Positions 20,431 through 30,862 are shown, counted from the first letter of the stretch. The stretch is 64,000 nt of DNA from Patescibacteria group bacterium UBA2773 (GCA_002352465.1 DEIN01000017.1:64777-128776), one strand, 5' to 3'. Notes: generated from the sequence alone by a model not told the origin. Numbers and translations are program-made.

Positions 20431-20739
20431 ATGAAAAAATTTCAGCGGAGGATTGAGGATTTTGAGTGTGAGAATTGTGGGGCGTTTGTGGCAGGGAATG
20501 GGTATACTAATCATTGTCCGGAATGTTTGTGTTCTAAACATGTTGATATTAATCCGGGAGATAGGCTCAATGAATGTGGCGGGTTGATGAGACCAGTTAA
20601 CGCTTTTTTGAAAAATCAAGAATGGATTTTAGAACAAAAATGTGAAAAGTGTGGGGAAGTGAGGAATATTAAAGTTCGAGAAGAAGACAATAAAAAAGTG
20701 ATCGAAAAAATCGTTGCAGAAAAAGTAAAGCATTTTTGA
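20431..20739 (+). CDS. RNHCP domain-containing protein (Cys-rich zinc-ribbon-like)
   Basis: The product is 102 aa with ENCGAF...YTNHCPECLCSKH...CEKCGE. The NHCP motif defines the RNHCP family. Confidence 0.55.
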   Translation: MKKFQRRIEDFECENCGAFVAGNGYTNHCPECLCSKHVDINPGDRLNECGGLMRPVNAFLKNQEWILEQKCEKCGEVRNIKVREEDNKKVIEKIVAEKVKHF

Positions 20740-20821
20740 GAAATAAAATTAATTTTTAGAGGATATCCTAAAATGTTCTATAGTACATACTATTTTGATT
20801 TATAATCTTTAAGTTTTTTGT

Positions 20822-21205
20822 ATGAAAATAATTTTAGTCGATGCGGTGAATGTTTTTGTGAGTAAAGAGGGCAAAATTTTTGAAGAAATGTCCGAGTTAC
20901 TAGAAGAATATCCAAATAGAAAAATTATTCTTACTGGGGCGGATGAGAAACAACAAGTTGTATTTGGTTTGGATAAAATGCCGTATGAAGTCTTTACTTT
21001 AAATCATAATCCAGAGAAAATCGATCCGAGTTATTATAGAAAGACGTTGGAATATTTCAATCTGGATTCGGAAGATGTTATTTATTTTGAACACGACAAA
21101 GCGGCAGTTGAGAGTGCTGAGTCAGTTGGAATAAAAACTTATTATTATAACAAGGACAAGCGGGATGTCGTTGACTTAAAGGGGTTTTTGGATAATAATG
21201 TTTAG
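20822..21205 (+). CDS. Hypothetical protein with a degenerate HAD-like fold
   Basis: The product is 127 aa. The C-terminus resembles HAD motif III (EDVIYFEHDKAAVESAESVGIKT). The N-terminal DxDG catalytic motif is degenerate (LVDAVNV). Confidence 0.35.
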   Translation: MKIILVDAVNVFVSKEGKIFEEMSELLEEYPNRKIILTGADEKQQVVFGLDKMPYEVFTLNHNPEKIDPSYYRKTLEYFNLDSEDVIYFEHDKAAVESAESVGIKTYYYNKDKRDVVDLKGFLDNNV

Positions 21206-21283
21206 GGTTGATTTTTTAAATAAAGATTGTTCTTTTTATAAAGTTTAAAATAAATTTTTTGTAATTTAAAGGGGAGGTAAAAG

Positions 21284-21559
21284 ATGAAGGGGTTTAGATC
21301 GTTTTTTGGATTTTTAGGCAAATTGATTTTTTGGTGGTTTTTAATGTTTCTTAACTTAGAAGATGACGGAAGTCTGAAAGATCTTCTCAAGGGATTTGCT
21401 TTGTTGATAATTGGAGCTTTGTTTATTATTCCAATGTCCCTGTATATTGAATTTTTTGATTTAAAAAATTCAGTTTATTTTGGATTAGCCTATTTGATTA
21501 CTGGCGGAATTGTAGAGCTGTTTGCGAGATATTTTTTAAAGAAATCAATTCTTGAATAG
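21284..21559 (+). CDS. Small membrane protein carrying a GWxxxxFINxDEDDG-like module
   Basis: The product is 91 aa with two TM segments. It is paralogous to the two internal repeats of the next gene. Confidence 0.5.
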   Translation: MKGFRSFFGFLGKLIFWWFLMFLNLEDDGSLKDLLKGFALLIIGALFIIPMSLYIEFFDLKNSVYFGLAYLITGGIVELFARYFLKKSILE

Positions 21560-21586
21560 AAATATTTAAAGAAGGAGCGAGATAAA

Positions 21587-22123
21587 ATGAAAAAACGTGA
21601 GAAATCTTTTCTTGTTTTAAGGTTTTTTGGGTGGCCCTTGTGCCTATTTATAAATCTTGATAAAGATTATGACGAGTTTAGAAATGCTTTGAGTAGTGTT
21701 TTCGTTGCAACTGGAGTCGTATTTTGGTGGTTGATTTTTGATGAACCTAATTTTTATCGCATTTGTATTTATTTGGTTGTGGGCTTAATAGTTCATTTCT
21801 TGGAAAGACGAATGTGGAAAGATTCTTTTTTGGAGAAAGACCTAAAAAGAGGAGAGAAATATAAAAAGTTTATTTTTGTCTTAAAATTATTAGGGTGGAT
21901 GATTTTTATGTTCATAAATATGGACGAAGATGATGGAAATAGCAAAAGTTTTTTTAACAGTATTTTTTTGGCGATTGGAACAGCTGCGATTCTTTTGACT
22001 ATCGTTAGTTTTAAATCTTGGTGGGGGCTAATACCCTTTCTTGTTTATTTGTCGGTGGGCTTCATTGCGCATCGTTACGCTAAATCTGAATGGGGAGGCT
22101 CTTTTCTGAGAGAAAAAAGTTAA
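21587..22123 (+). CDS. Membrane protein with two tandem copies of the same module
   Basis: The product is 178 aa. FFGWPLCLFINLDKDYDEF... and LLGWMIFMFINMDEDDGNSKSFF... each resemble the preceding 91-aa protein. Confidence 0.5.
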   Translation: MKKREKSFLVLRFFGWPLCLFINLDKDYDEFRNALSSVFVATGVVFWWLIFDEPNFYRICIYLVVGLIVHFLERRMWKDSFLEKDLKRGEKYKKFIFVLKLLGWMIFMFINMDEDDGNSKSFFNSIFLAIGTAAILLTIVSFKSWWGLIPFLVYLSVGFIAHRYAKSEWGGSFLREKS

Positions 22124-22402
22124 AAAAAGATTTTATGAGGCGTTGTTCGAGGAACAGGGCCTTTTTTGTTTGTTTTGACTATTTTTTAGGTTTATGATTT
22201 TGTGGAGAGGTAATAATATTTTTAAATAACTTGATTCCCGCTTTTACACAGTCGCTGAAGCTATGGTGCATGAGGCGCGGGAATGACAAGGTATAAAATA
22301 AAGAAAAGCGGAAAGTCGAGTTAAATAGCTAAAATTCCAGCGGTTCGACCGCTGTATCCACAGAGGTCAAACCGCTCGGAATTTTTCGTGGAAATGATAA
22401 AT

Positions 22403-22436
22403 AAAAAAACACCTCATTGTAAAGAGGTGTTTTTTA
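22403..22436. terminator. Bidirectional rho-independent terminator
   Basis: An A-run, then cacctc-attgtaaa-gaggtg, then a T-run. It lies between convergent genes. Confidence 0.65.
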
Positions 22437-22452
22437 ATATAAAAAAGTAAAT

Positions 22453-22806
22453 CTATTTGCTTAATTTCATCTTATCGATCATTCTTTTGAAAATCTCTGG
22501 TTCATTCATTGCCAATTTGGACAAAATCTTTCGGTCTAAATTAATGGTGTTATCTCTGAGATATTTAATGAAAGTAGAATATTTCCAGTCATTTTGTCTT
22601 AAGGCATTGTTAAGTTGTAAAATCCAAAGTGCTCGGAAAGTTCGTTTTTTGTTTCTTCGATCTCGGTAAGCATATTTTCCAGCTTTAATTAAGGCTTCTT
22701 TAGCAGCTCTGAAATTGCTTTTTCGTCGCCATTTGAAACCTTTGGCTCTTTTTAATAGATTTGATCGTCGTTTTGAGGCGGTTACTCCTCTTTTTATTCT
22801 TGGCAT
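22453..22806 (-). CDS. rplT: 50S ribosomal protein L20
   Basis: The product is 117 aa, MPRIKRGVTASKRRSNLLKRAKGF... Confidence 0.95.
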   Translation of the reverse strand: MPRIKRGVTASKRRSNLLKRAKGFKWRRKSNFRAAKEALIKAGKYAYRDRRNKKRTFRALWILQLNNALRQNDWKYSTFIKYLRDNTINLDRKILSKLAMNEPEIFKRMIDKMKLSK

Positions 22807-22967
22807 ATCTATAATAGAAGTTAAATGTTTGGCGCAGTTCTTTGTTGGATTTTTAGCTACTCATTCGTCGTACTATTCAGTGCGTCTCATTCGTTGCTCA
22901 AATCCGCCTCGAATTGTTCTCAAACCTTTAATTTCCCCTGATTATTCGAATTATTTATAAATGATTT

Positions 22968-23165
22968 CTATTCACTCAAAAGGTCTCTTTTAATAGAAGC
23001 TCCTATTTTACCGGTCACAATTTGATTTCCTCGCTTAGTTCTTTTTTGATCAGAGGTTTGTCTGGCATTAAAATGATTTTGGTTGGATTTTCTTCTAGAA
23101 ACTTTTCCAGTACCAGTGATTTTAAATCTCTTTGCTACCGCTTTTCTTGTTTTAAGTTTTGGCAT
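22968..23165 (-). CDS. rpmI: 50S ribosomal protein L35
   Basis: The product is 65 aa, [21 protein letters not shown]... Confidence 0.9.
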   Translation of the reverse strand: MPKLKTRKAVAKRFKITGTGKVSRRKSNQNHFNARQTSDQKRTKRGNQIVTGKIGASIKRDLLSE

Positions 23166-23250
23166 AGTTTGGTGAAATTATCTGCAAATATTTTTTTAAC
23201 TTTCTAGTCAAAACTGTGATTGAAAACAATTTCTTAATCGTAAATTAAAA

Positions 23251-23751
23251 CTAGTCTCCTTTAATAATGGGAGCTATGATGACATTAAATCCATTTCCTT
23301 GTTGTCTAATGTCTTGTTCTATTTTAACTGGAAAATCGATTTTGTCAATGAATTCTTTCAATCGTTTCTTGGCTTGTTCAGCAAACGCCTTTTCTCGTCC
23401 TCTTAAAACGACTTGAATTTTAATCTTATTTTCTTTGGTTAAGAATTTTTTGGCTTGTTCGGCTTTGAAAGTTAAGTCTCCGTCACCAGTGCTTGGTCGA
23501 AATCTGATTCCTTTTAGTTTGGTCTTTTTTTGAGTTTTCTTGTTCTCGTATTTCTTTTTAGTTTCCATATATTGAAATTTTCCCCAGTCAATTATTTTGC
23601 AAACTGGTGGTTCGGCTTTGGGGGCAATTTCGACTAAGTCTAGATCTTGAGATCTGGCTAAAATCAAAGCATCACGAATTGCCATAATTCCGTGTTGTTC
23701 GCCTCTTTCGCCCACTACTCGAACGGTTGGTATATGAATAGCTTCATTCAC
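23251..23751 (-). CDS. infC: Translation initiation factor IF-3
   Basis: IRVVGERGEQHGIMAIRDALILARSQDLDLVEIAPKAEPPVCKIIDWGKF. The start is non-ATG, apparently GTG. The infC-rpmI-rplT order is conserved. Confidence 0.9.
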   Translation of the reverse strand: MNEAIHIPTVRVVGERGEQHGIMAIRDALILARSQDLDLVEIAPKAEPPVCKIIDWGKFQYMETKKKYENKKTQKKTKLKGIRFRPSTGDGDLTFKAEQAKKFLTKENKIKIQVVLRGREKAFAEQAKKRLKEFIDKIDFPVKIEQDIRQQGNGFNVIIAPIIKGD

Positions 23752-24059
23752 CTTATTCTTCGGTTTTCGCGGGACTGGTTTAAATACTCTTTTGATAAAT
23801 TTAATTTATTGATTAATTCTTTTGAGGGATTATTTTTAATCACCCTTTTGATGTTGCTAATATAGCAATATTCTTTATTTTTAGCAAGGCTAGAAAAATA
23901 AATTCTGAATTTTGAATTTAAAATTTCGATCCAATTTTGAATGACTTCATTTTTTAAATTCATAAGCGAAGCTTATGTAATTAAAAACTAAATAATTATT
24001 ATATTAAAAATTCATTTAAAATTTAAAATTGATTTTTCTTCAAAAGAAGAAAAACTTTG

Positions 24060-24654
24060 TGGAGGTGATGGGAATTGAACCCATGTCCAGTGTCAAAATT
24101 TTAAAATCGTCTACAGATATGTTCCATCTGTTTTTGAGAATAAATCTCAGAAGTTCAATCGCGTTGAGATGGACAAAAAAAGCGAGAGAACTTTTCTTTT
24201 GTGTGATTTGATTAATTTGCCAAAAGAAAACAAACTAACTACGTTCTAATGTTGACACCGATAAGGAATTGCAAGCAATTCCAGAGACTTATTAGAAATC
24301 AGTCAATCGATGGGCCATAGGTTAAAATTAAGCTATGGCAGCAGCAAAGTTAGGTGTGAAAGCAGATGCTAACGCACTTTTTGCTTTATTATATAAGTTT
24401 GCACTTATAAGGTTTCGGGATTGGCTTTAAATGTTCTTTTTACTACAATCGAAAATTTTTGATTAAATTTTCTTCAAATTTTTTTACATTAATTTTGGTT
24501 AGTGCTTCAAAAATTATTTAGAAAATTTATTCTAAAAATTTTCAATTTCGAAAACAAAATAACACTTAAAGCCAATCCCTGTATATTTTTAACAAGATAT
24601 ACAGCTTGATCTGCAAATTTCAAAATACTTAACCTGTCGAAGCCTGGCACCCCC
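24060..24654 (-). ncRNA. ssrA: tmRNA (SsrA), unusually long at ~595 nt
   Basis: On the minus strand the 5' end GGGGGUGCCAGGCUUCGACAGG matches the tmRNA consensus GGGGxUGxxxxGGxUUCGACxGG. The 3' end is a T-arm AUGGG-UUCAAUU-CCCAU followed by CACCUCC-A. Acceptor GGGGGUG/CACCUCC pairs with the G3:U wobble that specifies alanylation. The terminal CCA is not fully encoded. The gene lies immediately downstream of smpB on the same strand. A candidate tag frame is ...GCU GCU GCC AUA GCU UAA. Confidence 0.7.
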
Positions 24655-24659
24655 AGCGT

Positions 24660-24815
24660 GTTTTTCCGAAGAAACAAGGACACAAGAAACAAACAAATTA
24701 AAAATTTCAATATTTAAATTTCAAACTAAAAGCCTTTGGCTTTTTTATTTTTAAAATTTTAATTTGAGATTTGTTTGTTTCTTGTATCTTGTGTCCTTGT
24801 ATCTTAAAAAAATAA
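24660..24815. repeat. Long imperfect inverted repeat with a central terminator hairpin between smpB and ssrA
   Basis: aacaaggacacaagaaacaaacaaat pairs with atttgtttgtttcttgtatcttgtgtccttgt. The central hairpin is aaaagcc-tttg-gctttttt with a T-run. A related copy of the arm sequence occurs at 63888-63946. Confidence 0.6.
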
Positions 24816-24827
24816 TCAAATAATTTT

Positions 24828-25304
24828 TTAACGTCTTTCCTTATAGGCTCTTTCAATCTTGACCTTGTCTTCACGATTTTGAATCGATTGACGTTTGTCG
24901 TGCTTTTTCTTTCCCTTAGCTAAGGCAAATGAAAGCTTAATTAGGCTTTTTTTATTATACATTGAAACAGGTACTAATGTCAAGCCTTCAGTTCGAACTT
25001 TTCCTAGTAATTTTTTGATTTCACTTTTTTTGACTAACAATTTTCGCGGTCTGGTCGGGTTGTAGCCTTCGATAATTCCAGCTTGCTTGTAGGGATTGAT
25101 GTGAGCGTTGGTGAGGTATAATTCACTTCTGTTGAAAGTGACAAAAGCACCTTTGAGAGAGACGTGACCTGATTTGACTGATTTGACTTCGTAGCCTTTT
25201 AACACTAAACCGGCCTCGAAGGTTTCGAGGAGTTGGTAGTCAAAGTGAGCTCGTTTGTTGACAGCTAGTGATTTCATTGTGTTGACGGCTTGTCTATTTG
25301 ACAC
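24828..25304 (-). CDS. smpB: SsrA-binding protein
   Basis: The product is 158 aa, KRAHFDYQLLETFEAGLVLKGYEVKSVKSGHVSLKGAFV... Confidence 0.9.
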   Translation of the reverse strand: MSNRQAVNTMKSLAVNKRAHFDYQLLETFEAGLVLKGYEVKSVKSGHVSLKGAFVTFNRSELYLTNAHINPYKQAGIIEGYNPTRPRKLLVKKSEIKKLLGKVRTEGLTLVPVSMYNKKSLIKLSFALAKGKKKHDKRQSIQNREDKVKIERAYKERR

Positions 25305-25477
25305 ACTTTTTTGTCGAATTTTCCGTCACTCATTCAATGTACCAGTTTAGTACATTTCGTTCGGTACTCAAATTCTCCTCAAATTGTGCTCAAATATACA
25401 ACCCTTAATTAGAAAAATACTTAATCAAACTATTGTATGAGGCGTCTTTATTAGTTTTCAAGCTAATTGTAATCTAT

Positions 25478-26395
25478 TTAAAAGAAAATTTCAATGAAAC
25501 GCCATTTTTGGGAGAAGTCTTTGCTGAATTTGAAGTTGGCCTGGGGAAAAATCTTTTTAAATTCTGTTTGAGCGAACTTTTTTTGTTCCGGAGAAATTTC
25601 AAAAATTAGATAAAGATTTTGAACTAAATCAGGTAGTTTATGTCGTTTGATTTGGTTTAAAAGCTTTAAATAGAATTCTAGGCCGTCTTTTTTGGCAATC
25701 AGGGCTTTTTTAGGTTCAAAAGCCTGAACAGAAGCGGGGCAGTTGTGATAGATTTTTGGTGATAAGTAGGGGAGATTGGCCGTGATTATTAATTGGGTTT
25801 TGTTATCGAACTTGTTACTTAACAAGTTACTTAACAAAGATTTTAATAAATCTCCTTTTGAAAAATCAATTTTCCAGTTAACTTCCAAATTTTTCGCATT
25901 TTTTTCTGCAATTTTCAAAGCTTTTGTCGAGATGTCTATTCCGAAAGCTTCGATTTGGGAGTTTCTGAATCGACTTTTTTGGAGTTCTTTCAAGAGGGAA
26001 ATTAAAATACAGCCTGAGCCTGTTCCAACGTCAATTAAGGCGATTTTTTTAGAGGGATAAAATTGCTGGTGACAATATTCTAAGGTTTTTTCGATTAATA
26101 GTTCAGTTTCAGGGCGAGGAATCAAGGTGTCAAGACTGACGCCGAAAGGTCGACCGTAAAAATTTTTTTCTTTGATTAAATAGGCGATTGGCTCTTGCTG
26201 AATTCTTTTTTGAATTAAAGTTTTGAATTTTATTATTTTTTGAGGAGAAACTTCCGCATCAGGATAGGAAAATAAAAATTCGCGATTTTTTTTTAAAATT
26301 GAGCTTAATAAAATTTCTGCATCCAAGTCTGGGGTTGGTGAAAAATTGCAAAGTTTTAATTTGCTTTGCTGAAGCAATTTTTTAATTTTCATCAT
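25478..26395 (-). CDS. prmC: Release factor glutamine N5-methyltransferase (HemK/PrmC family)
   Basis: SAM-binding [11 protein letters not shown] and an NPPY-like motif (ANLPY). The gene overlaps the 3' end of prfA by 14 nt in the classic prfA-prmC arrangement. Confidence 0.7.
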   Translation of the reverse strand: MMKIKKLLQQSKLKLCNFSPTPDLDAEILLSSILKKNREFLFSYPDAEVSPQKIIKFKTLIQKRIQQEPIAYLIKEKNFYGRPFGVSLDTLIPRPETELLIEKTLEYCHQQFYPSKKIALIDVGTGSGCILISLLKELQKSRFRNSQIEAFGIDISTKALKIAEKNAKNLEVNWKIDFSKGDLLKSLLSNLLSNKFDNKTQLIITANLPYLSPKIYHNCPASVQAFEPKKALIAKKDGLEFYLKLLNQIKRHKLPDLVQNLYLIFEISPEQKKFAQTEFKKIFPQANFKFSKDFSQKWRFIEIFF

Positions 26396-27452
26396 TCAAT
26401 TTCATTTCTAAATCTTTTTGGGTAATTTGCTCAACGATGTCGTCTAAGTTGCCGTTTAAAATTATTTCAATGTTAGACCAACTGACTTTGATTCGATGAT
26501 CAGTAATTCGGTCTTGAGGGAAATTATAGGTCCTGATTTTTTCACTCCGATCTCCTGTTCCGATTTGTTGTTTTCGTTCCGAAGAAGCTGCCGCTTGTTC
26601 TTTTTCTTCTTTTTGGGCTAAGAGTCTGGAGCGAAGAATCTGCATCGCTTTTTCCTTGTTTTGAAGTTGAGATTTTTGATCTTGGCAAGAAGACATTGTG
26701 CCAGTTGGAAGATGGGTAATTCGAACAGCAGAGTTGGTGGTATTGACGGATTGACCACCTGGGCCTGAAGAAGCGAAAGTATCAATCCTTAGTTCGTCTG
26801 GTCTGATTTTTAAATCAGTTTTTTCAGCGCGAGGAATAACGGCGACTGTGACGGTCGAAGTGTGGACTCGCCCTTGTTTTTCGGTTTCGGGAATTCTTTG
26901 GACTCGATGAACTCCGGATTCAAATTTAAGTTTAGAGTAAACATTTTTACCAGAAATTTCAAAAATTATTTCCTTAAAGCCACCCAAGACGTTGGGACTA
27001 GAACTGTTGAGTTCAGTTCGCCAATTATTTTTTTCAGCGAAACGGGAATACATTTTGAATAATTCTCCTACAAAAAGACTGGCTTCATCGCCACCGGCGC
27101 CGGCTCGAATTTCAATAATAATACTTTTTTTATCTCGAGGATCAGAAGGCAAGAGCAATTTTTCCATGTTTGTCTCTGTTTTTTTTAAAATGTTTTCAAG
27201 TTCGATTTTTTCTAGTTTAGACATTTCTAAAAATTCTTCGTCAGTTTCTTCTTCTAAAAATTTTTCATTTTCTTTGAGTTGTCTTTGCGTTTCTTCTAGC
27301 GTTTTTGTTTCCGTTACTATTTCTTCAATTTCGCTCAAGTCTTGGTTGAGTTTTTTGAGTTTTTCGGGATTAGAAAAATTAGCTGGGTTTTCTAGCTCTT
27401 TTTTTAGGTCGGTGTATTCTTTTTTGATTTTGTCGATTCTTTTTTGATTCAT
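26382..27452 (-). CDS. prfA: Peptide chain release factor 1
   Basis: GGQ motif ([12 protein letters not shown]) and the RF1-type PxT tripeptide ([17 protein letters not shown]). Confidence 0.9.
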   Translation of the reverse strand: MNQKRIDKIKKEYTDLKKELENPANFSNPEKLKKLNQDLSEIEEIVTETKTLEETQRQLKENEKFLEEETDEEFLEMSKLEKIELENILKKTETNMEKLLLPSDPRDKKSIIIEIRAGAGGDEASLFVGELFKMYSRFAEKNNWRTELNSSSPNVLGGFKEIIFEISGKNVYSKLKFESGVHRVQRIPETEKQGRVHTSTVTVAVIPRAEKTDLKIRPDELRIDTFASSGPGGQSVNTTNSAVRITHLPTGTMSSCQDQKSQLQNKEKAMQILRSRLLAQKEEKEQAAASSERKQQIGTGDRSEKIRTYNFPQDRITDHRIKVSWSNIEIILNGNLDDIVEQITQKDLEMKLNDEN

Positions 27453-27591
27453 AGAAATTAGTTAGAAAGTTCATAAAGTTAAAAGTTCGTAAAGTCTTTC
27501 ATATTAAATAGAGTATAACATAGATTTTAATAAAAAAATTCCCGCTAATAATTTGAAAAGGTTTAGCGGGAATTTTGTAGTGTCCTCAAAG

Positions 27592-27891
27592 TTATTTTTT
27601 ATCTTCTTTTTTCTCTGATTTTTCAGGAGTGTTGGTTGTTTCTTCTTTAGGAGCTTCTTTTTTAGTAGTTTTTTTAACTTGCATGGCAGAACTTTTTTCC
27701 ATTCGTTTCTTGAATCGGTCAACTCGGCCAGTGCTATCGACTAATTTTTCTTTTCCAGTGTAAAAAGGATGACATTTATTGCAAATTTCAATGTCTATTT
27801 TTTCGGCGGTGGAACCAACTTTAAAAGTGCTTCCACAAGCACATTTGACTTCAACGTCAGAATTGTATTTTGGGTGAATCTTTTTTTTCAT
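27592..27891 (-). CDS. rpmE: 50S ribosomal protein L31 with a Lys/Glu-rich C-terminal tail
   Basis: [28 protein letters not shown]...[11 protein letters not shown]. Confidence 0.85.
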   Translation of the reverse strand: MKKKIHPKYNSDVEVKCACGSTFKVGSTAEKIDIEICNKCHPFYTGKEKLVDSTGRVDRFKKRMEKSSAMQVKKTTKKEAPKEETTNTPEKSEKKEDKK

Positions 27892-28106
27892 AAAGCTTTT
27901 TAATCTTATAAGTAGTTAAATCGGAAATAATTCCAAGTAACTTCAAGTGAAATTTTAGCATAATTTTGGAAAGGAGGCAATAGATAGTGAAATTGATTTT
28001 GAATAATAATTAAAATTTGCATATTTTTTAAAAATTAGTATACTTTAAATTAAGCCATTGTTTTTTTGGCAGATTTGAATTTTTAAAAAATCAGTAAATA
28101 ATATAA

Positions 28107-30704
28107 ATGAAAAAAGACGAAATAAAAAATTTTTTGAAAACCAGAAAAAATGTTGAAATTAAGGCTCAAAAAAATGAAGAGACGACTACAATGAAAAATG
28201 AAAACAAAACAGGGGAAGTGACGAAAAAAGTTAAAAATTCAAAATTAATTGATTGTACAATTAAAATTCCTCTTTATTTAGTGGTCATATTATTGCCAAT
28301 CTTTTTTTATGCCAATGTTTCAAGCCCGTTTGAACTTAATAAGCAGATTTTGTTAGTTGGATTGGTTGGAATTAGTGCGTTGGCCTGGATTGGAAAAATG
28401 GCTTGGAAAAATGAAATAAAATTTAAAAAAAGCTTTTTATTAATTCCTGTTTTAACATTTTTGCTAATTTATGGAATCAGTACCGTTTATTCTAGCTATT
28501 ATGAACAAAGTATGTGGGGATATTTTGGTGGTGAAAGCAACGCTTTTGTCACGGTTTTGTTTTTGATTACTTTTTTTGTTTTGATTTTTAACAATATTAA
28601 TAATTACAGCGGAATTGCTAAATTGATTTTTTCTTTTCTTTTTAGTGGTTTCATTTTGACGATTTTCAGTATTCTTCAATTTTCAGGTGTTTATTTGTTG
28701 CCTTTTGAATTTGCCAAGGTTAGTTCTTTTACTACGATTGGATCTGTGTATGTTTTTTCGATTTATATTGCTTTAATTTTTTTGGTTTCTGTAACACTAT
28801 TTTTATCCAGTGCCTCCAAATGGATTAAAGCTTTTTTGATGCTTTTGTCTTTTGGTTCATTCTTTTTGTTAGCAGTGATTAATTTTAAAATGATTTGGAT
28901 ATTTTTGATTTTTATGTTGGCTGTCATTTTGGGAATAACTATTTTAATTGAAAATAAAAAACCTTCTCAATCAAGGGTTTTGCCAATGATTTTTATTATT
29001 TTTACTCTTTTGTTTTTTTTAAGAGGGAAGCCTCTCATAAATAATGTTAATTTGCCAGTGGAGGTTTTCTTGAAGCATAAAGTAGCGGCAGAAATTTCTT
29101 TGAGTTCAATCAAGGACAATCCGATGCTGGGAAGTGGACCAACTACTTTTGCTAATGTCTATAAGAAGAACAGACCAAGTGATTTGGGAGAATTTTCAGC
29201 GGTTAATTTTAATGAATCGACTAGCTATTTCTCGACACTAGCTTCTACGACTGGTATTTTGGGAGTAGCTTCTTTCTTGTTTTTAGTAATTGCTGGGTTG
29301 TTCGTTGTTTTCAAAGAAGTTATGCGAATTATTAAGAGCGTTGATGATAGGCAGAAAAATAATTTCAATAATTATTCGATAATTGCGTTGGCGGTAGGGT
29401 GGTTGTTTCTGACAATCTTTCTTTTTGCCTATTTTTCAAATATCACCATTATGATGTTGTGGTGGCTTTTTCTTGCTCTGCTTCTAGTTTCGTATTTTTT
29501 AAATAGGAAGAGCGAAAATTCAGCTTTGAATGAAATTACAACTACTTCTAATAGCCCTAAAACTTCTTTCATTCTTTCTTTTGGTTTTGTTTTGGTGATA
29601 ATTGGTTTTACAGCAGTTATGTACCTTCATGGTCAAAAATATGTGGCTGCGGTTTATTTTGGGCAAGCTCTAGCTGCTAGCAACAAGGAAGACAATATTG
29701 AAAAAACAGCTGAAAAAATATCGAAAGCGGTTTCTTTGGATCCTAATCGAGATCTATATTATCGAGATTTGGCAGTAGTCCATTTGGCTTTGGCCAAAGA
29801 TAAAATTGAAGAGAAAGGTTTGGAAAATTTAACGCCAGATGAATCTAATTTCATCAGTACTAGATTTAGAAGTGCTTTACAATCTTTGGATAAAGCCAAA
29901 ACTTTGAATCCAGCTGATTCTCTTAATTTTATTTCGATTGCTAATCTTTATCGAGAGTTCATTGTTATTCAGAAAGATTCTGGTATTAAGGCTATTGAAA
30001 ACTACGAAAAAGCAATTGAGTTGGATCCAAAAAATCCAGAAATATATCAATATTTAGCTAACGTTCAAATAACTTTAGCCGATTTGGAGATGATAGAACA
30101 AAATTCAGGTAAACAGGCTGAAGCGGAGATGGAGCTTCCTCAAAAAAGTTTAGAATATTTATCAATGGCAGAAGATTATTTAAAAAAAGTATTAATTTTA
30201 AAACCGGAACATGTCGGAGCTAATATTACTTTAGTTAGTCTTTATGAAAGACAACGAGAGACAGAAAAGGCTTTGAATAAGGCGATTGAAAATGTGGAAC
30301 TTTATCCTCAGGCAGCTGAATTGCAAATGGATTTGGGAAGACTTTATTATCAACGAGAAGATTATGATCAGGCAGAAGATTCTCTTTTAAGAGCACTTGG
30401 GTTGAATGTTGAATATGCCAATGCTAGATATTTATATGGCTTGGTTCTTGATAAAAAAGGCAATAAAAATCAAGCGATAAAAGAGTTCGAAAAAATCAAA
30501 GAATCAAATCAAGACAATGAATTGCTTCAGAAAATAATTGATAATTTGAAAAATAATCGAGAAGCTCTGGCTAATTTGAATGAAAGTGCTTCAGCGACTT
30601 TGCCGGTTGTTGAGGAAAATGCAACTGATCAGGAAGGTCCTGTTTTAGAAGAGCCAGCTGGGGTTGATTCACCGGCTGAAAATCCAGAAAATATAGCTAA
30701 CTAA
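28107..30704 (+). CDS. Polytopic membrane protein with an O-antigen-ligase-like N-terminal domain and C-terminal TPR repeats
   Basis: The product is 865 aa. The first ~500 aa are ~12 TM helices. The C-terminal ~330 aa are TPR-like (AIENYEKAIELDPKNPEIYQYLANV...). It ends in an acidic tail. Confidence 0.6.
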   Translation: MKKDEIKNFLKTRKNVEIKAQKNEETTTMKNENKTGEVTKKVKNSKLIDCTIKIPLYLVVILLPIFFYANVSSPFELNKQILLVGLVGISALAWIGKMAWKNEIKFKKSFLLIPVLTFLLIYGISTVYSSYYEQSMWGYFGGESNAFVTVLFLITFFVLIFNNINNYSGIAKLIFSFLFSGFILTIFSILQFSGVYLLPFEFAKVSSFTTIGSVYVFSIYIALIFLVSVTLFLSSASKWIKAFLMLLSFGSFFLLAVINFKMIWIFLIFMLAVILGITILIENKKPSQSRVLPMIFIIFTLLFFLRGKPLINNVNLPVEVFLKHKVAAEISLSSIKDNPMLGSGPTTFANVYKKNRPSDLGEFSAVNFNESTSYFSTLASTTGILGVASFLFLVIAGLFVVFKEVMRIIKSVDDRQKNNFNNYSIIALAVGWLFLTIFLFAYFSNITIMMLWWLFLALLLVSYFLNRKSENSALNEITTTSNSPKTSFILSFGFVLVIIGFTAVMYLHGQKYVAAVYFGQALAASNKEDNIEKTAEKISKAVSLDPNRDLYYRDLAVVHLALAKDKIEEKGLENLTPDESNFISTRFRSALQSLDKAKTLNPADSLNFISIANLYREFIVIQKDSGIKAIENYEKAIELDPKNPEIYQYLANVQITLADLEMIEQNSGKQAEAEMELPQKSLEYLSMAEDYLKKVLILKPEHVGANITLVSLYERQRETEKALNKAIENVELYPQAAELQMDLGRLYYQREDYDQAEDSLLRALGLNVEYANARYLYGLVLDKKGNKNQAIKEFEKIKESNQDNELLQKIIDNLKNNREALANLNESASATLPVVEENATDQEGPVLEEPAGVDSPAENPENIAN

Positions 30705-30862
30705 TTTTGTTTCAAAGAGAATGTTTTTGATTACTCTTTTCACCGTTTACCTCGCTGAGGTTTGTTGAGATGAACAATTTTCTAATTTTGGATTAAGCGT
30801 TTACTTTACGAAACTGCGACTGGAAAAAATTTCCTAAAAATTAAGTTAATATTAAAGATAGA

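Noticed and set aside
22715-22960. An 81-aa plus-strand ORF between rpmI and rplT.
   Set aside because: It lies antisense within the intergenic spacer of the conserved infC-rpmI-rplT operon. It is hydrophobic nonsense with no support.
23748-23963. A 71-aa minus-strand ORF immediately upstream of infC.
   Set aside because: It is more likely the 5' leader of infC, which uses a non-ATG (GTG) start, than an independent gene.
24507-24710. A 67-aa minus-strand ORF and a 60-aa plus-strand ORF (24029-24211) in the smpB-downstream region.
   Set aside because: Both overlap the tmRNA gene, whose 5' and 3' ends are clearly recognisable. They have no RBS or coding-like composition.
27504-27722. A 72-aa Lys-rich minus-strand ORF overlapping the rpmE 3' end.
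   Set aside because: It is an out-of-frame overlap with the well-supported L31 gene, and its low-complexity K-rich translation comes from an A-rich strand.
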